Below, one piece after another: positions 55,598-64,000 of a stretch of DNA of 64,000 nt (position 1 is the first letter of the stretch; every line of letters begins with the position of its first letter). Made by a program: the position numbers and the translations under genes. Source of the stretch: Eledone cirrhosa (taxonomy: Eukaryota); assembly GCA_964016885.1 (NCBI GenBank), contig OZ024741.1, positions 228,966,001-229,030,000 of the forward strand, given 5' to 3'. The notes below the pieces were generated by a model that worked only from the letters and a program-made list of their open reading frames with translations, was not told the DNA's origin and ran no database searches.

Positions 55598-58500
55598 GTT
55601 TCTATTTATTTGCCACGAGGGCACAAAAGAAGGGGTCAAATACAAGGGAGGGAGGGTGGGTTACATAAAGGAACGAGTAAAAAACAAATAATAAATATAA
55701 ATTTAACAATACAGTCCTCAATAGAGAGGAGGCGTTTTGGGGGTTACTCACACCCTCGAAAAAGTGTGCAACCCTTTTCCTTAGGAGCACAGAGAGGGAG
55801 TGTTCTTCCACCTTTCCACCTACAGGCTGATAGAGAGAGAAGGCCCTTTCACACGGGCCATTCTCGCTACTTTCACCCACTTTCATAAAACTTGCTGGGG
55901 CAGAGCACCTCTCTCTCCATTCTGATCCTTATCTTAAAATGGTATTTAAAGAAAAAGACCAGTTGTTGGCCGGAGAGAAAGGTGTCCGACCTCAGCTCTT
56001 TCAAACATGTCCACCATACCACCTCTTTCACCATGGCTATTACACAGAGGAAGACCGCCCCTCCTTCATTTTTTGAAGGGGGAGGCGGCTTGATCGTCAC
56101 AATGGAACCAGTGGTCAACCGGATTGGTCCCACCAGTGACAGCAGTCGTTCTACATAGCCCCACAGGTCGGTAACGCCCGGGAAGTGTACGAATGCGTGC
56201 GTGACGGTTTCTTCGTCTCGCACGCATCTCGGACAGATCTTTTTCGAAGGGTCCCTGCCCGAGAGGCCGTGTCTGTAGCGCTTATCTCGAACTGGTAGAG
56301 CTCCTCGGTAGCACTGCCAGGCAAGGGACCTCTGGAAGTTGTCCATAGGTCCCGGGCCAAATGTCCTCCCGAATAGGCTGGCCAGTTCGTCTTCCTGCAT
56401 GCCTAGGGCTTGTCCGAGGGCGTCGTCGCACCTACTAATCACCAGCCCTCTATAGAATGACGAGGTGTAGTCTCCACCGATAGCCGGGTCCGCCTGCCAG
56501 AGAGCCGTGAGCGCCTGGGCACACTCGGTGTGTCAGGCGCCCAGTTTTCTCGGTCTTTGCTTGACCCAGGACTGCAGCTCGGTGAGCGAGACGAATCTCA
56601 GAAAGGCTCGCATCACAAACGGTTGATCGGTGAGAAATACCTGGAGGTGCCGCAGCCTTAATGCGTGTTTACGCATCAGCAGCCACGGCACCCCCAGCCC
56701 TCCTTCCGAACGGTGTTGACAGCAGATGGATCTCCTCACCAAAGGAGCCCGCTTCTTCCAAAGGAATTGGAAGAATGCACGCTCCATTTTGGTGAGCCTT
56801 TCCCTTGGGCAAGGCACGACGGTCAGGCGGTAATAGATAACGGATGCTATATAAGCGTTCGCGACCTCCGCTCGACCTTTCAGGGATAGTTTGCACTCAG
56901 TCCATTTCCGCGTCAGCGCAAACACCCTGTTCGATACCTCACCCCAGTTCTTTTCCACCTGGAGGTCTGGCCCGAACCAGACCCGAGCAACTTCACCGGG
57001 CCCTCCGTCCAACGTCCGACGACGCAGTTAGAGACCATCGGTTTGCCCCTCGACTCGCCGAGTTCCAAACCGACTGACTTGTCACAGTTCAGCTTAGCCC
57101 CTGTAAACGTTTCGTATTCCTCCAGTAATGTGCCGATCACTCCGATTTCCAAGGCGGTTGACACCATTACTGTGTCACGTCATCGGCGTAGGCCGTCACC
57201 GCTTTCCGAAATCCCGGTTCCAAAGGGATGCCCTGTAACAACTCCAACTTCCGCAGCAGTGGCTCTAGGGCCAATACATACAGAAGGGAGGAGAGAGGGC
57301 ATCCATGTCGGATGGACCGCGTGATTTCGAAAGGCTCCGAGAGGTAACCGTTCACCTTGACCCTAGAGCAGATGCGGCTGCTGTGCATGGCAGTGATCCA
57401 ACCCCTGAAAACGGGCCCGAAACCTGCCGCCATTAGCACCGCATCCAGGTAACGATGGTCGACCCTATCGAACGCCTTAGATTGATCCAAGTTGATCAGG
57501 GCCCCACCAAAGCCGGGTTCGTTCCAACCCTCTCTATGATGTATCGCATGAGATGGAGATTTTCGTGAATGGACCTGGATGGGATGGTGCATGTCAGCGC
57601 ATCTCCAACCAGGTTTCCCATGACAAGCACCAACCTCTTTGCTAACACCTTGGCCAAAATCTTTAACTCTGCATTTAGCAGTATTATGGGCCTAAAATTA
57701 CTTATGTCATCCCCCTTGTTCTCGTCCTTCCTCACTAGCGAGACTACGCCCTTGGTCACAGAACAGGGAATTCTCCCGTTCTGTTGCCAGTTGCAGTAGA
57801 CCGCTTCGAGAAGATCGAAGAACAAGTCCGGCATACTTAAATACAGTTCGTATGGAAAATCATTGAGGCGCGGAATTTTGCGACTGCCTCATTGGCTCAG
57901 CACGTCCCCTATTTCAGCAGCTGAGATCGGCCTCTCGCAGGACTTCACCTCCTCATCCGAAAGACGCGGCAGGCCGTCGAGGTATGGACCGAGGTCCACA
58001 TACCCATCCGGCCCCTCGTCCCTTCCGAACAATCGGGCAAAGTGCCTTTGAAAGACCTCGCACATCTGCTTAGGGTCGAGGATCACCCGTCCATCCTGGT
58101 CTCGCAAAGACTGGATAGTGGATCTAGTCCCACTTTTGGCTTCTGTCACGCGGGCCCAGCTAACAGCTTTAGTCCCATCGTTTCCCAGATCACGTATTTT
58201 GCTTCGGACAACGCAGCCTTCGTGTTTCGCGTCGAAGAACTGGCCCAAGGCCGTTCTCGACGCTAGCACTCTGGCTACGTCGCCGCTTCTAATTGCTTCT
58301 TCTACACTATTTACCAACTCCCTTTCCTTCCTATTTCTATCTGAAGCTAACTCCTTACTAACTCCTATTGAAGCTACTCTAATCTCTCTTTTGAGAGAGC
58401 CCCACCAACTGATGTTGACGATGGCGCCCGTCAACCGCTCCTTAACTAATGTCCTAATGCGGTTCCTGTAAGCTTTACTTGCCGGTAAGGACAAGTTGAG

Positions 58501-61100
58501 CTTCCAGTAACCGGGTCCCTGTCTATGCGTGCTATCAAGGTTGACCATGGAGGTCACTAACTTGTGATCTGAATAGGCAACCATGAGCATTTTTGGACAA
58601 CTTAAAAAGTCCCTATCTTTATTTGTAACTAAGAACCTATCCAGGTACGATCTAGATTGACCGCTATGGTTTCTCCAAGTCCAGGTTGGCACAGTCGGAA
58701 AATCTAGTCGATATCTATCGGCCAGATCGAATCGGCCGATTAACCCCTTGAGGCTGTTACAACTCCCTCTATCAGGACATGCCCCTACATAGTCCCAACG
58801 TGCATCTAGGATACCATTCCAGTCCCCCACTAAAAGCAAGGAGCGGGACGTCCCTAGAAAATCTCCAGACGCTGGAAGAATCCGGCCGCGTTGACCCAAA
58901 AGGGCCGTAGACGGCGACCAGCCTAAAAGCTCCGCCTTCACCACTGCCAAGGTCCAGAACCACTAGTCGACCCTCCGGGTCCAAGTGTGTAGCGAGACCC
59001 AGATGTTTTTGCAGCAGAACGACAACCCCACCCCCACCTCCTGGTTGACAGAGAGATGCGTGCATCTCAAAGTCATCAAAGGTGGGGGCCAGCTGCCGCA
59101 CGCTGCTGATCCGGGCCTCGCAAATAACCATCACATTTATACATCGTGACCTGAGGTCATTTAGAAGCATTGCTTGCTTCCAAGGTGAGCCCAGGCCACG
59201 CGCATTTAGACAACCTATTCTCAACACGGCCATGTTGGTGGTAAAGAGAAAAGGCACTTGCCTCTCTGCGTCCCGGGGGTGGGGGATGGGTTGTTGGGTG
59301 GGGTGGTGGTTTGTGGAAGTGTAGGGGCATCAGTGTGTGGTGGGGTTGAGGTGTTTGGAGTTGTGTGGGTGTCGGGGGGGGGGGGGGGTTAGGAGGACAC
59401 GGTTAATGTGTCTGACGCAGGGGGGCCCCACGTCCTCTTTAAAATTGTCTTTTAACGTTTTGTAAATGTCCATTGGGGCTTTTATCATTTTTAGATGGGG
59501 AAGCCCCGTTGCTCGTGCGAAATTCGAACCTTCGGTTTTTATTAAGTTTTTATTATAAATAACGTTTAATAGTTTTTTGTTTATTGTATTTATGTAAGTA
59601 TATGCATATTTTTCTTTTTGTGTGATTTTTTTGTTTGCTGTTGTTGTGTGTTTTTTTTTATGTTGATGTCTGTGTTATGTCTTGGGGAGGGGTTGTTTTT
59701 ATTTGTCTTCCTGTGGTGTGTTTTCTTTTTTTTCTTTTAACTTTATGGAAGTCCCCCCCCCCCCCCCTCGTCTGACGACGGAAGGGGGTCGACTTCTGTA
59801 TTCGAGGGGAGGGGTTCATTTTCAGCTCGTGTTTGTGGTGTGGGTGTTATTGTATTTGTTTTCTGTGGGGGTGGGGGGGATTGTTTTCAGTTGTGTTTTA
59901 ACTTGTGATGTTAGTTGTTTTTGTGGTGGTGGTGGAGGTTGTGTTGCTAGTGTTGTAGTTATTGGTGTGGGCAAAATCGGTGTTTTTTTGTTTGCTTGGG
60001 AACAGGCAGCCCTCAGGTGACCTCTGCCACCACAGAGGTAACAAGCGGATCGTCTATCCTCCACTGTGATGTGTAAGTAGGCAAGCCCGTCCAGCAATAT
60101 GCGGTCGGGGATCCTGGCAATTCGTTCTGGCTGTATTTGCACCAGAACTTGCAGGCTAGTTCCACCGAACACGTTGCTGGAAGACTTACCTACCGAAATT
60201 ACTGCATCCTCTTTCAAGTCGAGGAGGCCACACAGTACCGCCCAGAAATCAATATCCGGATCGATACTGTGTATGGTCAATATTTGTGTTTTCTTCCCAA
60301 ATAAGTGGGGAAGAAGGTAAATAAGAGGGAAACAATTGGGGCCAGGGAATGTTTTTCGGCAGTTCAATTTCTCTTTCATTCGGATGGATAGACTACCGTA
60401 GAGTCTATCCTTCCGAATGAATACAATGTTTTTCAGATGATCTTTTAAAGCCAGTTCAATCTCTGTCTGTGTGAGTTGTACTGGCTTACGGGTTTTGTTT
60501 GATATTGTCCTATAAATAACAGTTTTTAAGCTATTTTCCTTTTTTAGCTCTGGGGGAGAATTTAAAGAAAATAGACCATTCTCCTCCAAAGTTATATACT
60601 TCCGTACATTTTCCATTTGCTGGGCCATGTTCGAAATGTCAATAGGTTCATACACAATGGGTTTTTTTATGGTTTGAGCGAACGTCATTTTGTTCGCCTC
60701 CTCTCTGTTTACATTTGTCGAAATGTGGTTGTTATCTTGTTTTTTGTTGTTACAATTTTCATTTTGTGTTGTGTTTGTGTTATTTATGTTGGTGTATGCG
60801 TTCACATTTTTTCCCCGTTGGGGTTAGACTCCATTTTTTCAGTGGCACCGTGAAAAGTCGAAACGGCATCCATTAATGTTGGCAATTTCTCCGAGTCAAT
60901 TTTTTTCACATTTTTTTAATTAGGGTTAGGCTCCATTTTTTCAATGTTTCTGGCAATCATTATTCTTTCAGTAGGGAAGCTTGTTGCCTCCGCTACCCGC
61001 TTTCCTTCAGTTTGTTTTTTGTTTAGTGGGCGTGTCATCGTTACTTGTGGTAATGGCTTCCATTGCCACTAGCGTAGAGACAATTACAAGATTTTTAGGA
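55598..61100 (-). mobile_element. Near full-length Tx1-clade LINE (ORF1 open, ORF2 frameshifted)
   Basis: ORF1 59822-60805. ORF2 pieces: APE 58772-59233 and 57889-58950, RT 57167-57834 (LDQSKAFDRVDH, GCPLSSLLY, AYADD), and C-terminal Cys motif in 55873-56442 (CPRC...ETVTHAF). The 5' boundary is approximate. Confidence 0.92.
59822..60805 (-). CDS. Tx1 ORF1 protein with CCHC zinc knuckle
   Basis: 327-aa ORF with CYLCGGRGHLRAAC, located upstream of ORF2; homologous to ORF1 of the element at 287-4395. Confidence 0.75.
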   Translation of the reverse strand: MNAYTNINNTNTTQNENCNNKKQDNNHISTNVNREEANKMTFAQTIKKPIVYEPIDISNMAQQMENVRKYITLEENGLFSLNSPPELKKENSLKTVIYRTISNKTRKPVQLTQTEIELALKDHLKNIVFIRKDRLYGSLSIRMKEKLNCRKTFPGPNCFPLIYLLPHLFGKKTQILTIHSIDPDIDFWAVLCGLLDLKEDAVISVGKSSSNVFGGTSLQVLVQIQPERIARIPDRILLDGLAYLHITVEDRRSACYLCGGRGHLRAACSQANKKTPILPTPITTTLATQPPPPPQKQLTSQVKTQLKTIPPTPTENKYNNTHTTNTS

Positions 61101-61109
61101 TGAAAAATT

Positions 61110-64000
61110 TCACCCCGGATGGCTGACTGTTGGTCCTAGACGTTGACAGTAGTGAAGGTGGAGACTTCAGGCTGGTGGCCGTATATGCCCCATCCGGAAC
61201 TCCGCGGGCAGACTTCTTCAAACGTCTAGAGAATTTTCTGGGTACGTCCAGCTCCATGCTTTTAGTGGGGGACTGGAATGGAATCCTAGATGCACGTTGG
61301 GACTATGTGGGAGCATGTCCCGATAAAAGGGGGTGTAACAGCCTCAAACAGTTAATCAGCCGATTTGACCTGGCCGATAGATATCGACTAGATTTTCCGA
61401 CTGTGCCACTGTGGACGTGGACTAATCTCAGCGAAACATCTAGATCGTACCTAGATAGGGTTCTAGTTAGAAATAAGGATAGGGACATGTTAAGCTGTCC
61501 ACAAATGATCATGGTTTCCTATTCAGATCACAAGCTAGTGACCTGCATGGTCAACCTTGATAGAACCCATAGACAGGGACCCGGCTACTGGAAGCTGAAC
61601 TTGTCGTTACCGACATGCAAAGCCTACAGTAGACGGATTAGCACTTTAGTTAAACAGCACTTGACAGGGGCCATTGTCAACAACAGATGGTGGTACTCTC
61701 TCAAGAGGGCAGTTAGATTAGACTCGTTAGATTTTAGTAAAAAATTAGCGTTAGATAGAAATAGGACCGAGAAGGAATTGGTAGATAAAGTAGAAGAGGC
61801 AATTAGAATTGGCAACGTAGCCAGAGTGCTAGCAACGAGAACGGCCTTGGACCAGTTCTTCGCGGCAAAGCACGAGGGCTGCGTTGTCAGAAGCAAAATA
61901 CGTGCTCTGGGTAACGAGGGAGCCAAAGCTGTTAGCTGGGCCCGGGTGACGGAGGTGAAAAGTGGCAACAAGACCACGATTCGGTCTTTGAAGGACCAAG
62001 ACGGACGCATGATGCGTGAGCCTAAGAAGATGTGGGCGGCATTTCAGCGGCACTTTGCTCAGCTGTTCGGGCAGGGCGGCAGCCCGGGAGGGGCTATGGA
62101 TTTCGATCCGTACCTCGATGGCCTGCCGCGACTCTCGGACAGCGAGACGAAGTTCTGCGAAAGGCTGATTTCAGCCACTGAGATAGGGGACGCGCTGAGC
62201 CAATGCGGCACACGCAAATCTCCAGGTCTCGACGGTCTACTCTACGAATTTTACGTAGCAATGCCGGACTTGTTCTCTGTTCTCCTGGAAGCGGTCTACT
62301 GCAACTGGCAGCAGAACGGAAGAATTCCCAGATCTGTGACCAGGAGCGTAGTCACGCTAGTCAGGAAGGAGGAGAATAAGGGTGATTACATAGACAAATT
62401 CCGGCCCATAACTCTGCTAAACACAGAGTTACAGATTTTGGTCAAGGTGTTGGCAAAGAGGCTGGCGCTTGTGGAAGAAACGCAGACATGCACAATCCCG
62501 ACCAGATCCATACACGACAACCTCCACCTCATGTGATACATCGTAGATAGGGTAGGGTGTAAACCCGGCTTCGGTGAGGCCCTGATCAGTCTAAGGCTTT
62601 CGATGGGGTTGACCATCGTTACTTGGATGCGATGCTCGATGCGGCAGGCTTCGGGCCCTTGTTCAGGGGCTGGATTACTGCAATGCACAGCAGCAACATC
62701 TGCTCAAGGGTCAAGGTAAACGGCTACCTCTCGGAGCGGTTCCATATCACGCGATCCATCCGACAGAGATGCGCTCTCTCCGCCCTTCTGTACGTACTGA
62801 CACTCGAGCCACTACTGCGGTAGTTGGAGCTATCGCAGGGCATCCCTCTGGAACCGGGACTGCGGAAAGCGGCGTCGGCCTACGCCGACGACGTCGCAAT
62901 AATGGTGTCGAGCACCTCGCAAACCGAGGAAGTCGGCACCTTACTGAAGTAATACGAAAGGTTCACAAGAGCGAAGCTGAACCGGGACAAGTCCATCGGT
63001 TTGCAACTCAGATCATGGAGAGGCAGACCGATGCCTTCCGATGGCGTTGTCGGACGCTGGACGGAAGGACTGGTGAAGATGCTCGGGGTTGGTTTGGTCT
63101 GGACCTCCAGGTGGAGAAGAACTGGAACGAGGTGACTGCAAAGGTGTTTGCACTCACCCAGAAGTGAGTGCAAACTATCCTTGAAAGGTCGAGCGAGCGA
63201 AGGGGGCGAACACTTTTATAGCGTCCGTAATTTACCACCGCTTGACCGTCGTGCCTTGCCCAGCCAAAACGCTCACCAAAGTGAAGATCCATCTGCTGCC
63301 AACACCCTTTTAACGGAGGGCTGGGGAGGCCGTGGCTGACGATGCGCAAACACGCGCTCAAGCTGCGGCATCTCCACGTATTCCTCACCTGACAACCGGT
63401 GTGGGCCCCGTTGAGGCGAGCATTCCCACGACTCGTCTCGCTGACCGAGCTGCAGTCCTGGGTCAAGCAAAGACCGAGGAAAATGGGCGACTGGCACATC
63501 GAATAAGCTCAGGCGCTCACAGCCCTCTGGCAGGCGAACCCGGCGATCAGTGGAGACTCCACTTCGTCATTCTATAGAAGGTTGGTCCGCAGCAAGTGCG
63601 ACGACGTAGAGGAAGACGAACTGGCCAGTCTGTTCGGTAGGATCTTCCGCCCGGGACCGATGGAGAACTTCCAAAAGTCCCTGGCCTGGCAGTTCGAGAC
63701 AAGCGCTACAGACACGGGCTCCCTGGTAGGGACCCTTCGAAAAAGATCTGTCCGAGATGCGTGCGAGACGAAGAAACCGTGGCGCACGCATTCATACACT
63801 GCCCGGGCGTAATCGACCTTTTGGGCTATGTAGAACGACTATTGTCGCGGGTGAAACCAATCCTGTTGACCACCGAGTCCATTGTCATGATCAAACTGCC
63901 ACCCTCCTTCAAAAACGAAGGAGAGGCGGTTTTCCTTTGTGTGATAGCTATGGCGAAAGAGGTTGTATGGTGGACGAGGTTAAAAGGGCCGAGGTCAGAC
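61110..64000 (+). mobile_element. Tx1-clade LINE, 5'-truncated within APE, runs off the window
   Basis: ORF 61130-62536 (APE + RT start), then disrupted RT (AYADD near 62878) and C-terminal region; related to but distinct from the minus-strand neighbour. Confidence 0.92.

Overview
AT-rich animal genomic DNA, saturated with microsatellites and probably from a cephalopod such as Octopus (inferred from the (TA)n/(TACA)n load and the SINE types). I see no host gene. The window is almost all transposon debris. It holds several L1/Tx1-clade LINEs (one nearly full length), an internally deleted R4/Dong-like LINE in TAA repeats, an RTE LINE, three copies of a ~605-bp bipartite RTE-derived non-autonomous element, and Penelope-like elements (PLEs; RT + GIY-YIG). 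It also holds Helitrons, a mariner remnant, MITE-like fold-backs and many tRNA-derived SINEs. The main signal the ORF track misses is a dense set of minimal type I hammerhead ribozyme (HHR) motifs: about 17 full or near-full copies in about 10 sequence families. Most sit in short non-coding inverted or partially tandem repeats (PLE pseudo-LTR or retrozyme-like units). Several have unusual features: a U4C core fixed across a family, compensatory U3-A8 cores, and long branched stem II insertions. The 5' end of the RTE-derived element also has pairings in HDV-ribozyme-like order. All structures were folded by eye and coordinates may be off by a few bases.
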